From assembly GCA_951406725.2 (NCBI GenBank), contig OX597816.1, positions 83,266,001 to 83,330,000 of the forward strand: DNA of 64,000 bases, read 5' to 3'. The first letter of the stretch is position 1. Every line of letters begins with the position of its first letter. Positions 13,687 through 27,639 of this stretch are shown in pieces. The position numbers were made by a program, and so were the translations under genes. A model generated the notes under the pieces. It had not been told where the DNA came from. It saw only the letters and a list, made by a program, of their open reading frames with translations, and did no database searches. This stretch comes from Octopus vulgaris. Taxonomy: Eukaryota.

Positions 13687-14530
13687 TCTATAAACAATGG
13701 AAGATATTTCTGTTAAATTATATCTATTAAAATATTCATCTTAATAATTTTCTTTTGTGGCGTTGTATTACTCATCTTACTTTCTCTTCTGTATCCTATA
13801 TTTTGTTTTTCTCATTGTCTGTAATTTTTCTTACCGCAAGCTTCTTACCACACAGCCACTCCTGCGCCTATATACAAACATTGTATACAAGAAATACTGA
13901 TGCAACATCCTCATCAAAACTTCCATCAAGTTCAAATATCACGGGCCGGATACATTTATCTAAGATAGAAAGGTAAGACCATCTATAGCCATAGAGATAA
14001 TCTCTCATGCAGATATGAATATTTTTTTAATAAAATCCGCGAGAAGGTGATTATTTATAACAAAATCAGTGAGAAGGAGATTATTTATGGGCGATTGTTC
14101 TGAAAGCCCCTTGATTATAAATTCAGATTTTAAAACTCACATTTAGTTGCTAACACGTACTTTGAAAATAAAATATGTAAGTTGAACAGGAAAAATATGC
14201 AAGATCTTTCTAAAGCTCCACATTTAACATGTATCATTGTTGCACTCGAAATTGTAGAGATACTGTTTCGTTTGTTTGTTAGAAAACAGATCCTTCCATA
14301 TAGGAAGGAAGAATTCTAATTAATAAATAAACATAAAGGCATACTTATATACAGATGGAGATGCAAACCGAAATATTGGAAGAATCATAAATAAAATTAT
14401 AGTTGCCAGGCCAGTGGTTTCCCTGGATGTAAAACAGGAATAGGTAGAGAGACTGAAAGTTGTAAAGAAGTTATAAACTCTCACAAGCATAAACACACAA
14501 ACGTTATCCTTCCATCCATCTATCTATCTA

Positions 14531-14654
<124 letters not shown>

Positions 14655-14734
14655 AGTGTGTTTCAATATGTGACCGCGTGTGTATCGGTGATTTTCTTTC
14701 TCCGTCTTCCCTTCTTTGGACTTTCTCTATATTT

Positions 14735-15160
14735 TTTATTTCTTTATTGCCCACAAGGGACTAAACACAGGGGGGGGGGGGGCAAGAACAGACATAGGGA
14801 TTAAGTCGATTATATCGACCCCAGTGCGTGACTGGTACTTAATTTATCAAGCCTGAAAGGATGAAAGGCAAAGTCGACCTCGGCGGAATTTGAACTCCGA
14901 GCGTAATAGCAGACGAAATACCTATTTCTATTTCTTTACTACCCACAAGGGGCTAAATACAGAGAGGACAAACAAGGACAGACAAACGGATTAAGTCGAT
15001 TAAATCGACCCCAGTGCGTAACTGGTACTTATTTAATCGACCCCGAAAGGATGAAAGGCAAATCGACCTCGGCGGAATTTGAACTCAGAACGTAACGGCA
15101 GACAAAATACCGCTAAGCATTTCGGTCAGCGTGCTAACTTTTCTGCCAGCTCGTCGCCTT
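14735..15160 (-). mobile_element. SINE family B dimer with alternative tail, inserted into a hammerhead-bearing repeat
   Basis: Two CCCGAAAGGATGAAAGGCAAAGTCGACCTCGGCGGAATTTGAACTC-type units. TSD-like flanks CTTTCTCTATATTT (14721-14734) and CTTTTTCTATATTT (15165-15178). Confidence 0.88.
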
Positions 15161-15173
15161 ATACCTTTTTCTA

Positions 15174-15209
15174 TATTTCTGATGAAGAGCTCCGCTCAAA
15201 ACCTGAAAT
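15174..15209 (+). ncRNA. decayed minimal hammerhead of Penelope-like type
   Basis: ATTT-CTGATGA(15179)-A-GAGC-TCC-GCTC-AAAAC-CTG-AAAT. Stems I and II pair, but GAAAC and the cleavage triplet are mutated. The host fragment (about 14655-15310) is bounded by TA arrays. Confidence 0.55.
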
Positions 15210-16014
15210 TCTCTGTCTTTTCTTTCCTTTCCTGAGCGTCCAATAACACAGTGCTTGTACCACGTCCTCGCGTTTTTGTTTTTTCTTGCTTGTTCTTGTT
15301 TGGATTGACTATATATATATATATATATATATATTCTTACCCTCTCTTTGCACCCTTGATTGCCTCCCTTGTACTCTTTTCTTCTCTGTCTTTCACTCTG
15401 TTTCTCCACTCCTTCTCCTCCTCCTCCTCTTCCTCCTCTTCTCTCTGCATCCCATTCTTTCTCTATATATACTTCCTCTACCCTACCATGTGACCTGTGT
15501 CCAGTGAAGGTGGTGTTGTTCTTTTTCGCCCTGCCTTTGCCCATGCTGGTCTGGGCTCCTGCTACGTCCATTAGGACTTACTCCATTTCACCCTGTGCAA
15601 TCCCAGTAAGTTCGTTTGATAACTGCAAAGCTCTTTCTGTTGTATGTATAGTATAATAACAATAATTTTTTTCCGTTGTATATAGCCGTACGGCATCGTG
15701 TTATAAATACATAATTCTTTGTCTGTTGTATTTATATAATGTTTTATCTCTTTCTGTCCCAGTATACATTCGCTAGCTTTTTTCCAGTAGCTTAATGACA
15801 GCGCTGGCGCCTCCAGGATTGAGTAGTCTCAGCGATAATGGCGCAAAACCATGATGATATTTTGCTTCATAGACTGACAAGGAAAACTCAACTGCAAATA
15901 TTCCGTGTATCATATCTTTGTTTATATTCCCCGTCCATTAACTTTTCGCCTAGTTTCCCGTTTGCTCTGCTTTCGTCTAACTTTTTCTCTTTGTTGTGTT
16001 CTGCCTGTTCAACG

Positions 16015-16068
<54 letters not shown>

Positions 16069-16965
16069 GCATGATTATCCCATTGCTTTTGCCTAAATTC
16101 GCATAAAAGAGCCTCTTTCCTGGGCTAGAAAGGGAATTTTTTGAAGAGAAATAAAAGAAAAAAGAAAATTACAGTGGACAACAGCCATTCATCCATACAC
16201 ACATGTATACATGTACACATACATACACAAAAGGTATTCTGATCACCATCTTATTGATTCTGCCATCGCTAATATAATAACGATGCTTGCTCTAGTACGA
16301 AAGGCATTATACTTATAAGTTTCAAAAAGGCGAAATAGGAAGATATGCATTGCATTCATTTCCAAACAATGTCAGTGTCATATCTGACGTGAAACGGATT
16401 CAACTGCAAAGCGATCCAACTGCGAGGCGAAATCATGCTAAGCATTTATCACTGGATAAAAGTCTATCTTTTCCTCTACGTTGTCGACCACACAAGTGAA
16501 TATCGAACTTTAGTCGTAAGAATATTTGTCTTCTTCTTTGTCCTGTTCCACGGTAAAGGTGCATGAACTGTTTGCTCACACTTTGTGAAGATCATAAAAA
16601 TAAGATATATGATTAGTTGTACTCTTTAGGCAAATGTAAATCAATCCATAAATCTGTCGCCGCACTTTATGGTCAATTCCAACGTTGTTAATAGTTAACC
16701 TTTTGTGTAACAAAGCAACGGAAAGCAGTAGAGGTGTAAACAGAATAAGTCTAATGAATTTGCTAACCTCGTTTCAATTTCGAAACGCCGTTGGAGTTGT
16801 GACTGTGTTTTGCTCTGTGTAACAAATTCAATACTTTCTAGTTTTGTGGAGCACAACCTCTCAATACAAATGATGGGGCCATTAGTTATATAACGACGTG
16901 CCTCAATAGTTACAGGTATAAACTGAAATATATACTTTGTGTGGTCTATAGCTTTTATCCCCTAT

Positions 16966-17312
16966 TTTGCTTCAGTCATATGTCTTGAAGAATTTGAGTC
17001 GAACGAATCGACTCCAGTACTTATCTTTAGCAATAAAATTTTTTAAAGCCGGATACTTTTCTATTGGGTTATTTTGTCGAACCGCTAAGTTACAGGGACG
17101 TAAACACATCACCGAGTGTCAAGCGGTGTTGGGGCACATACACACACATGTGTGTGTGTGTGCATGGTGAGCTTTCGGTTTCTGTCTATCAAATCCACTC
17201 ATAAGGATATAGTACAGCCTAAGGATATAATACAAGACACTCGATGAGCTACGCAGTGGGACTGAACCCTGAACCATGTGGTTGAAAAGCAAACTTCTTA
17301 CCACAGAGTCAC
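16966..17312 (-). mobile_element. SINE family A, older copy
   Basis: Diverged reverse complement of 41141-41560. Confidence 0.8.
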
Positions 17313-17541
17313 ACAAATTCTTTAATGATTCATCATGAATATTTTCTTCTTTTTCACTTAAAATTCTTCTACTAATAAATTTATCTTAGAATTTGCTGGT
17401 CTGTACGCAATTTCTGCTTCTGTTCGCAGTTTCTACTTGCATATAATGTGAAACTGTATGTATTTTCTTTTTAACAAAGTGATGATACACCCCGGGTAAA
17501 TATCATTGCTAACACCGATTCTAATCAGAGAATTGCTCGTG

Positions 17542-17607
<66 letters not shown>

Positions 17608-17810
17608 TGCACACATACAGACACACACACATATGTATGTGTGCGCGCGCGCGTGTCTGGGTGTGTATGTGTGTATATTTGCACGCATGTGCTTATATGT
17701 TTTTATCCATTGCACAGCACACTTATAGTTGATTCGTTTGGCCATATATAACTGTTTTGGTGTGTGACTGAATATCTGTGCGCATGTCTATTTGAAAGAG
17801 AGAGAAAGAA

Positions 17811-17851
<41 letters not shown>

Positions 17852-18179
17852 TGTCTGGGAGTTTTAATTTTTGGAAATCATGTAAAGAAGGTGCTGGTTT
17901 CTAACAAAGATCAAAGCTCTTTCTTTGGAATGTAGATAACAAAAAACAAAGTTTACATTGTGAACCTGAGAAAAATTTTGAATGTTTTTACTATTCCACT
18001 CACTGAGTCTATTTGTAATATGTTTGTTAGCTGGGTAATTCCTTTCTCTCAAAGCCCTAGTTATTCCAGTCTCAGAACCAAGTGCACCAATTATTATTGG
18101 TATAAATGTGAATTGAGAACCTTAGTATAGAAGCTGAAGGGTTCAAAGTAGTTGTCCCTTTTTGCCCTCATTCTCTTTG

Positions 18180-18300
18180 AAAATCAAAGAGATATTCACT
18201 TCAACTGGACAGTTAGCTGATCTCTATGTCAGCACATACTTTTTCTTGTCTGTCGCAAACGACGATATTCGACCTGTTATGTCGAATATCTACTTGGTAG
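18180..18300 (-). pseudogene. RLE-type (R4/Dong-like) LINE endonuclease fragment
   Basis: IRHNRSNIVVCDRQEKVCADIEIS-(frameshift)-CPVEVNI matches the HNRPDIVVxD...IEISCPxDxNI pattern. Confidence 0.6.
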
Positions 18301-19404
18301 AAGTTTTGACGGGAATGTTCTATCAATATTCCTTGTGTTGATGTTTATGTATGCATTCAGTAACAGAGAGTTTCTTTATATTTATTTCAGAACAGACCTA
18401 TTTTTCGAATGACATTGTATATTGTTTTAGCGACAACGTCTATTGCATTAGAGAGTAGTACCTAGATTGCAAGTTTTTGGCTGGGGTCTACAAAATTCGT
18501 CAGTTCTCACCTGACGAATTATTCAGCCAGTGAGAGTGTAAAAGATTATAATACAACTTCGTCAATAAGCCTCCAAGCGAAACTAAGGTCCTAGTTAATA
18601 TGAACTATACAATAAATTTGTTGGCTCTACTCTCAGTTTGTAGTCTCTCGAAATGCTATTTCGTTATTCTTAAATTTGCTTAAAGATAGTAAACTTAATG
18701 TAAAACAAATGAACACATACACACACACACTCACTCTCTCTCTCTCACACACACACTCACTCTCACACACTCACACACACACACACACTCATACTCACTC
18801 ACTCACACACTCACACAAACACAGGCAAACGCATTCACACGTACACATTAGATTGAGGTGTCTATGAATGAGGGTTAGACAGAAACTAATGCAGAATGGA
18901 CATAGCTTTATATCAACTGACGTACCTTTCTATACAAAGGTACCACTACACATAGTCTCCATTACAAATCGTACACAAGATGGCGATTCATTTCAATGGT
19001 CGCAACTGATGGGCTCCCACTCCATGGTTTGCCTTCAATGGTTGTTTCCCTTTTTTTTTAACTACTATGCACAATGTTCCAGTCAGTATTGTAATCACCG
19101 TGAATAATTTGTAGCCTTCTGTGGAAGTCGAACACCTTGCCTTGTCCTTCGTCTAAATTCAACAGCTTGTGAGCCTCTACTTGGAATTCATTATTTGTCT
19201 GCAATAAAGAATAATCGGAAGATGAACATCTTTAGAGAAAGAGTTACGTGCACGTTATGTGCAGTTTGAACAATTTATGTCATTTGATAACAAGATATGG
19301 CTACGTTTGCATTACTTTCGGTGCTGTTTTTATGTGCGTGAGTGTGTGTATGCACAGTGTGGGTGCGTGTATATGAGAGTGTATGTGTGTGAGTACACAC
19401 AGCT

Positions 19405-19775
19405 TTAGTATACCACCATTAGTCGAGCAAATCGACCCTAGAGCTTATTCTTTGTAACCCTAGTACTTATTCTATCGTTCCCTTTTGCCGGACCGCTAAG
19501 TTACGGGGACATAAACATACCAGAATCGGTTGTCAAGCGATGTTGGTAAGGGGGACAAACACAGACACACAAATATATACACACATATACATATACATAT
19601 ATATACATATACGATGTCTTCTTCCAGTTTCCATCTACTAAATCTATTCACAAGGATTTGATCGGCCCGAGGCTATGAGAGAAGACACTTGCCCAAGGTG
19701 CCAAGGTGTAGTAGGACTGAACCCAGGACCATGTGATTGGTGAGCAAGCTACTTACCACAGCCACTCCTATGCCT

Positions 19776-19776
<1 letters not shown>
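19405..19776 (-). mobile_element. SINE family A
   Basis: Reverse complement of 41141-41500. Confidence 0.88.
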
Positions 19777-19829
<53 letters not shown>

Positions 19830-19833
<4 letters not shown>

Positions 19834-20101
19834 GGGGTTTGTATGATTGTGTATAGAGGGATATATATTATTCAAAGAAATTCCAACTGTCTGTTTTTCA
19901 TGCTTTATTTATATTCTTTATAATATTAATGTAGAATATAGAATATATAGTATAAATAATATATATTGTAAAATGAAATGAAGTATTGATTGTCTTATTG
20001 AATAGATGAAATATTGAATATAAAATATTAAGGGACTAGTATACTTTCTGGCATTTAAAGCAGTCTTCAAGATTCCCAGGTTGTGACAGGAGTGTTTCAA
20101 C
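19830..20101 (-). mobile_element. AT-rich cassette between TA arrays with a degenerate long-stem-II hammerhead
   Basis: Minus strand: TTGAAGA(20070)-C-TGCTTTA ... about 150 nt ... TAAAGCA-T-GAAA(19899)-AACAGACAGTT-GGAA. Confidence 0.4.
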
Positions 20102-20103
20102 TA

Positions 20104-20204
<101 letters not shown>

Positions 20205-20205
20205 A

Positions 20206-20257
<52 letters not shown>

Positions 20258-20399
20258 TATATATATATGCATATACATATGTACGTGTGTGTAGGTGTAT
20301 ATATGTGGGTGGACGTTATTGCATAAAGGAGTTTGTGTCGGTGTATGTGCGTGTGTGTGTGTGAGTGTGCGCGCGCGCGTGGTAAAGACACTTTTCAAC

Positions 20400-20832
20400 T
20401 GATCATTCAGTATCTCACTGATCCTGGTTGGACTATTTGCGAGGGAGCCATCCTTCTGGAAGAGGGGTCCTATGTTGCTCTCTCCCTCACATAGGATTAT
20501 TGCAGGCTTTTTTCAATCTCCATGAGTGTTGTTTTTAGGCGGGCCCTTTCTCTACATTTGGAATGCTGGTTGATGCGTTTTGCAACCTTCGTCCGTCGTC
20601 TCATGAGGATCTTCCTCTCCCTTGGAAACTTGTTCCTTTTTGTGTTGGCTTTGTGCTCTGGAACATATTTCTGGCATATGGTTTGCACAACAGGCATGAA
20701 ATGTTCTAGTCTCGAGCCAATGTCTAGTGTGGAAAGACATTTTGGCCAGTCCTGCCTGAGGATCTCTTTTGGATCGATTTCCGGTCTGCTTTCTGGTAGT
20801 TCAGATTGGAGAGATTTGGGGTGCTTACTTTA
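20400..20832 (-). pseudogene. LINE ORF2 linker-region fragment (CR1/L2-group-like)
   Basis: KEILRQDWPKCLS...ICQKYVPEHK...FPRERKILMRRRTKVAKRI...LMEIEKSLQ is a basic helical segment like those between endonuclease and RT. Clade assignment is tentative. Confidence 0.6.
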
Positions 20833-20848
20833 GGCTATATGTCTAAAG

Positions 20849-20904
<56 letters not shown>

Positions 20905-20995
20905 TGATATTTATAATTAATAGTTTTATATATTCGTATGTAGAAACATTATTATTTCTAAATCTCACAAGGAGAGACATTCAGTAACAGTACTT

Positions 20996-21387
20996 TAAAG
21001 TAAAGATTATTTGCTAACATAATGTGGCAGTCTTGGATGGGACGAACGTTACTGTTGTTTAGCCCCAAGAAATGTTATCTCCAGCAGGCTATACGAACAA
21101 TATCTGTGTCCTTATATTTTCGAACAGGGGAGATCAGCAGCGGTGATTCAGCAGCTACGTCTATCCGAGCAGGTATTCTGTGCTGATAAAGTGCAATAAC
21201 CCAGAAACCGGTCCACAATTGTTGCTTTGTGCTGGATGGGGCTGATGAGCTCCCCTGTTGGAAAATATAAGGACACACATTTTGTGTAGTATTGCCAGAT
21301 GGAAACGGCATTGCATGGGGCTAAACGACAGGAACATTCGTCTCATCCAGGACTGCCACATTATGTTGGCAAATAGTCTTTACTTTA
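20996..21387. mobile_element. palindromic element, about 146-bp arms, hammerhead-like motif in the 100-bp loop
   Basis: 20996-21141 pairs imperfectly with 21241-21387. Loop reads TGTG-CTGATAA(21183)-A-GTG-CAATAA-CCC-A-GAAAC(21204)-CG-GTC-CACA. Confidence 0.85.
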
Positions 21388-21539
21388 TGTGTATATATGT
21401 ATTTACCTATGTATGTATTCATGTATGTATATATATAAAAAAATTGAATTTGGTTTACGCAGAAAAAAAACAAACAAGGAGACGAAGGCAAGTGCAGGTG
21501 AGATAGTGACAAAATAATATTAATAGGAAAAAGGGAACA

Positions 21540-21965
21540 AAGGCATCGAGGTGGCAGAATCATTTTTACGCCGGGTGAAATGCCTTTCGCCCGTCTTTAC
21601 GTTGTGAGTTCAAATTCCGCCGTGGTCCACCTTGCCTTTCATCCCTTTCATGGTCGACAAAATAAGTACCGGTGTATCACTGGGCTCGATGCAATTGACT
21701 TACGCCCTTCACCGACATTGTGCCAATGTTTGAAACTTACATGAGAAAGAGAATTAAAGATGGCGTGCTGGCAGAATCGTTATCACGCCGGGCGAAATGC
21801 CTTTCGTCCGTCTTAAAGTTCTGATTTGTAACGTCGCTGAAGTAGACTTTGCTCTCCATCCCTTTCAGGGTGGATAAACTATGTACTAGATGAGTACTGG
21901 CCTGGATGTAATTAATTTAGTCCTTCCCCCGATATTGCTGGCCTTGTGCTAAAATTTGAAACAAA
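21540..21965 (+). mobile_element. two tandem SINE-B copies
   Basis: GGCAGAATC...GTTCAAATTCCGCC...GCCTTTCATCC...AAGTACC...TTTGAAAC occurs twice. Confidence 0.85.
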
Positions 21966-22268
21966 TATGAAAAGGGTAACAATGGCTGCATCGTGGTGGT
22001 GATGGTGGTGATGGAGAGAATGCAAATGACTTTTAAGATGTAATAATAAGTAAGAGTGGGGTAGAAATAGCTAGAATGATAGGGAGATGGATGACGACGT
22101 GGAACTTATATGAGGAATTGGATTATAAGAGAAGCAGAAAGAAAAGGGTGGAGAATAGATGTAATAGCAGGAAATCACATTTAGCAGAATCTCAGAGAAG
22201 TATGAAAGCGAGAGAGAGAGAGGGAGAGCGACTGAGAAAAAGTTAGAGAGAGAGAAAGAGAGAAAGAG

Positions 22269-22333
<65 letters not shown>

Positions 22334-22783
22334 CTATGAGTAAATTAGAGAGCGAAACAGAGAGGCAGACAGAGAGGGTGGATTGAAAGAGTAAGATTTA
22401 AAATATATTTTATACAGAAATAGAAATATGCAGAAAAGAAAGAAAAACAAAGACAACAAACGAAGAGACAACAACGGTGCTAATGACACATAAAGGAAAA
22501 AGGACATGATAAAGTCCCTCAGTTATTCACATAATTTCGGGCTCAAACTAATTCCCATTTCGACTAATGAACTGTTGTAAGTGATCAAGAGTAATCTGTC
22601 TCACCTTTGTCTTCACCTGTGCCCGCAGTCAAGAGTCAATTCAAAAATTCCCTTTGTGGAAAGCAATTTCTGTTTTGACTCTGATTTTTCTGCTTTAATT
22701 AAACAAAATGAACGGCGAATATTTCTCTGCTTTACGTTATTTCGTTTTATTACAAAAGGAAATTAAATAAAAATTTGAAAAAA

Positions 22784-22858
<75 letters not shown>

Positions 22859-22925
22859 CATATATTCACATATATGTATATTTATACACATATATTTGTA
22901 CATATATATATATATGTGTGTATAC

Positions 22926-22973
<48 letters not shown>

Positions 22974-23036
22974 CGCATATATATATATATAGACATATAT
23001 ATATATACACATATATGTATATTCATACACATTTGT

Positions 23037-23073
<37 letters not shown>

Positions 23074-23466
23074 ATGAGAAACAAATGCCTGTTTTTTTCT
23101 ATTTTCCTTTTGTTTGTAATAATAATGATAATGATAATGATAATAATAACAACAACAACAACAACAGCAACAACAACGATGTAGTTCTGTTGGAGATTCC
23201 TGTTTACCGTTTTGTTCTTTCCGTCACCGAGCGAAAAATTACCTTCGGGACACAAAGGAAAGAGAAAAGGGAAGAGTAGGAGAAGAAAGTAGAAAGAGAA
23301 AAGGAAAATGAACCGGGAGGAGGAGGAGGACATGGAGGAAAAGGGTTTTTGTCTGTATATTTGTTCTTTTCTAAATTTATGATAATTAAAGTTTCTATGA
23401 CAAAAGAATTTTTCATTGTTTCAGTTTTCCAACAAATTTTTCAAATTTTCCGATAAACTCTTCGTG

Positions 23467-23538
<72 letters not shown>

Positions 23539-23584
23539 GTTATTATTATTGTTATTATTATTGTTATTATTATTATTGTTATTA

Positions 23585-23652
<68 letters not shown>
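23467..23652. repeat. (ATT)n microsatellite with GTT interruptions
   Basis: Direct reading. Confidence 0.97.
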
Positions 23653-24030
23653 TTCCTATGTACACTTTAGTTTTATTTATTTAGATATAATTAGAGGTAG
23701 AAACGGGTAGGTGCGGAGGTGGGTGAATGTTGAGGTGAGAACTTGTACTTTTTTTGTGCATTTATTGTTTTTGTTTGCCAGTGATGTGCGTGTGTGATGA
23801 AGGAGGAGGACAGAAAATAGGGACGAAAGGTGATAATAAAAATAAAGAAACAGCTTGTTTAAATATTTTCTCGATTCTGTATATTTTTGTTATTTATTGT
23901 ATTTTTTGAAAAATTAGAATAAAAAATGGATCAAAATAAAAAAAACAAAATTTAATACAAGGAACGAAGAAAACCTTATGTTATGTGGATGTTTTCTTTT
24001 TGTTGAAGTCAACGCCTTTTCCCTGTTTAC

Positions 24031-24101
<71 letters not shown>

Positions 24102-24104
24102 ATT

Positions 24105-24975
24105 TATCGGTCTATGGAGGATTAGTGGCAGGGAGGTGTGACGACGTTCTTGGGGGGACTCTGACCCGCCTCTTCAGGACCGCTTTCAGACCAGGACCTA
24201 TGGACAATTTCTAACGATCCCTGGTCTGGCAGTACTGTCGGGAAGCATTGCCCGTTCAAGATAAGCTCTACAGACACGGTTCAAGAAAACCCGACCGACC
24301 TGCGTGAGATGCGGTCAGAGCGACGAAACCGTTCTGCACGTACTCGTGCAATGTCCAAAAATTTCAGACTGTGGGGCTATATCGAACGGCTGCTGTCACG
24401 AGTGCGACGAATTCGGTTGTCAACCGAGTCTGTCATGAATATTGCCCCGCCACCTTCCTTTAAGCGAGAAGGCAAGGAACTTTCATTATACTGGTGGCTA
24501 TGGCGAAAGAATGTGCATGGTGGATTCGTTTGAAAGGTTTAGAGACAAACACTTTCCTCTCTGGTCAACCTCTTATCAACCTTTCCAAGTGGTGAGAATA
24601 GAGAGGGACGTTTTTGTCTAATGTAAAATTTAACAAAGGGTGGGTAAATGTGGTGAGGATGGTAGGCATGAATGACGGAACTACCTTGAGCGTGATCCTA
24701 TAAAACAACGAGAGTAAGAGAGCTTTAACCTTATGATAGTTTCCTTTTTCGTTTCCGAGGTTACCGTGATTCTTTTCCGTAGGTTTTTCTTTCCACGGAT
24801 AAACCCAGTCAATATTATATTTACTCCTCCTTTTGGGAACTGTTAAAAACGACACTTGTTATTTTCTTGTGTACACGTCCCAAAATGTGTTCGATCCCTT
24901 TTGATCGTTTTCGAAAAGGAAAATCCTACATTGTATTGTCTCCTCTATGTACGGTCTTGCGTGGCTAATAAATCT
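24105..24975 (+). pseudogene. Tx1/L1-clade LINE 3' end (CCHC zinc finger and 3' UTR) embedded in (TCTA)n
   Basis: SLVWQYCREALPVQDKLYRHG...CVRCGQSDETVLHVLVQCP (C-x2-C-x7-H-x4-C). AATAAA at about 24967 is followed directly by (TCTA)n, and (TCTA)n also precedes the 5' break (24031-24100). Confidence 0.88.
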
Positions 24976-24976
24976 C

Positions 24977-25111
<135 letters not shown>

Positions 25112-25121
25112 GACTGTCTGC

Positions 25122-25169
<48 letters not shown>

Positions 25170-25170
25170 A

Positions 25171-25218
<48 letters not shown>

Positions 25219-25899
25219 CTGTTTGCCAGCTAGTTACATAGGTAGGTAAATAGATGGGTTAAATAACTACCACTCTATCTATCTATCTAATATATTTCTC
25301 TATTTCTTTCTCTCATTCTGACTATCTTTCTCTCTCTCGCTCTCATTCAAACACACAAACGGACATATACCCATACTCACAGAAGCACAAATACATAAGC
25401 GTATACATTCGTTGTCACACACACATTCACACACTGTTTTAATTTCTGTTAATCAGTAACTACACAAAAGCTTTCTTCAAGTGGTCCCCATCTATCATCA
25501 TCACCGTCAGTGTTGTAGTTGATGCTGCTGCTGCTGCTGCTGTTGTTGTTGTTGTTGTTGTTGTTGTTGAGGATGAAGTCATCATTGTTATTAAGAGTTG
25601 ATAAAGTGAGATGTTACATGGTGTTTAAATAAAGTGTTAATGTGTTCATGGAAGGTGAGTTAAATTTCTTATAAATAAATGAATGAATAAATAAATAAAT
25701 AAATAAATAAATAAATATATAAATATAAATCATCTTCACTTCCGTTTAGGAACCAACGAATGAAGCTATATATGTCGGCCTGCTACAGTTAATAGCCAAA
25801 TCTACTTCAAATGACACCTCATCGTCATATAAATTGATATAAATACTATAATATAGGTTGAGGTATATTTCATTGGAACTGAAAAATGAGATTGCCACA

Positions 25900-26147
25900 T
25901 CTTGCTGGGGTCATATAGCTCTTGGGGTCTAATATAAGATTTTGCTGTTAAAATTTACGAGCAATGAACTGGTTACATTTCTACAATACACACAGTATTT
26001 AAACATTTTTGTATACAATTCATAATGATACTCAATCATAAAAATATAATGGGAGTTTTTAGACATCGAATAACTATGAGGGACCTCAGCCCTGAGTAAA
26101 ATAGAAATTAAAGGGGTCCATAGGCAAAAAAGACTTGAGAACCACTG
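25900..26147 (+). mobile_element. hAT-type MITE, 5'-eroded
   Basis: Ends AAGGGGTCCATAGG...TTGAGAACCACTG, as do the copies at 36003 and 63351. Confidence 0.7.
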
Positions 26148-26282
26148 GGCTGGATTAAGGTTGGCTTGGAACGAAACAACACCACCACCAACAACAACAA
26201 TTACAACAACTACAGCACCAACAAAAGTGTCCCTACACAGCCGCCGATCTAATACACTGAGCAGCCAAATCTCAAGTCAATC

Positions 26283-26557
26283 ATAATCCTAGGTATACTG
26301 TATGAAAAACTTGTATGATGGCCACAATTGGAGTCCCTTTGTTCTACGTCTGCTCAATGCTGGGATGGAGATAAATAAGAACAATTTGTAACTAGTCGTT
26401 TGATAGAATTGTCTTGAAGGACTCATTGGATAATATAATCCTAGGTATACTGTGTGAGAAAATGTACATGATGGCCACGGTTGGAGTCTCTTTGTTCTAT
26501 GTCTGCTCAATGCTGGGATGGAGATAAATAAGAAGAATTTGTAACTAGTTGTTTGAC
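26283..26557 (+). repeat. diverged direct duplication of about 122 bp (period about 152)
   Basis: ATAATCCTAGGTATACTGT...GTCTGCTCAATGCTGGGATGGAGATAAATAAGAA...GTAACTAGT occurs at 26283 and 26435. Confidence 0.92.
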
Positions 26558-27639
26558 AAACGTGGTAGCCAAAGCTGAATCTATGACAATGAGGAAAGAA
26601 GACTGCTGGGAGAAGACAAGCCACTTATTTATGGTTTACCGGTGTCTATGATTTACACTACAGAACATTTGCTATTTGTCTGGGTCAAATTAAGTAAAAT
26701 AAGTGTGAACAAATACATCTACCTTCACAGCTTTATCACTAGTTTACTGATAACTTGTCAGCCACTCAGATCCTCGCAGATAGAGGTACTACAGACTGTA
26801 ATTGAATGCATGTCTGTTGGAAGCCCAATGAGTCAAAAATCCTCAGCAAGAAAATAAAAAAAAATAGCTGGTAGGAGAATTCTGAAAGCATTTATTCCTG
26901 TGGAAAAATTTAAACAGGTCTCTGAATTATTGCACACAGCGATAATCTTTTTATTATACCAAGCACTACTATTTTTAAGTATAATATTATAGTCGACCAC
27001 ACAGTGAGTCTATGCCAAAATAAAACTGCTAGGCGAGGCTAGAAAGACATTAGGTAATATTTCATGAAGCGGGAGTAGATGCTGTAATATATATCTAGTA
27101 GATCTCGGAAGGACTGGAATGTAACACTGCCATTGTCATATTTTTATGTCTTCAAAATTGCTGGTACTGCTCTGCGTCGAAAGTCTCACCCTTACTGCCC
27201 TTAGGGACAACTCGATAATGGAATTTGGTGGGGCTCAAAGGATTACAAAATTATTTGATATCTCCCGGAAAACACTAGAGTTCTGTGTGGCGTAGGTGCT
27301 GAAAATATTCAAAGTTGCTTGGACATTTTATTGTTAAGAACCTTCGACAAGAGATATTATGATGGTAGTGGTATAAAATATCATCTTTCAAAAATATCAA
27401 TCGTCGAAGCGAGCAATCAACTGTCACGATTCTGGGAGATTTACTTTAAAGTGAGTTAAGTCAGCTTAGAGTTTTATGTAAAAACATTCATTTATGATAG
27501 ATAGTTCTACGTTATGACCCTTCAGAATTACTTTTGAAATACACTACACTTTATGTGTTTATGTAATACAGTTTATCATGTTCATGCATTGCACAAACAT
27601 CCGGAAGTGACTACGAATTATTGGATTGATAGAAGTATT

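Noticed and set aside
13856-13972. Candidate 117-nt exon (CACAG acceptor, AG|GTAAG donor, one open frame)
   Set aside because: The acceptor comes from an antisense SINE-A head fragment, the peptide is unrecognisable and there are no partner exons.
15788-15860. Possible hammerhead relic in the TA-bounded cassette 15330-16015
   Set aside because: Both core halves are degenerate and no cleavage triplet is present.
18494-18590. AATTCGTCAG/CTGACGAATT hairpin with downstream GAAAC-TAAG-GTC
   Set aside because: It resembles the 5700 junction, but stems I and II cannot be formed.
26720-26930. Possible hAT dimerisation-domain relic on the minus strand
   Set aside because: Only a faint AFRILL-type similarity, too decayed to support.
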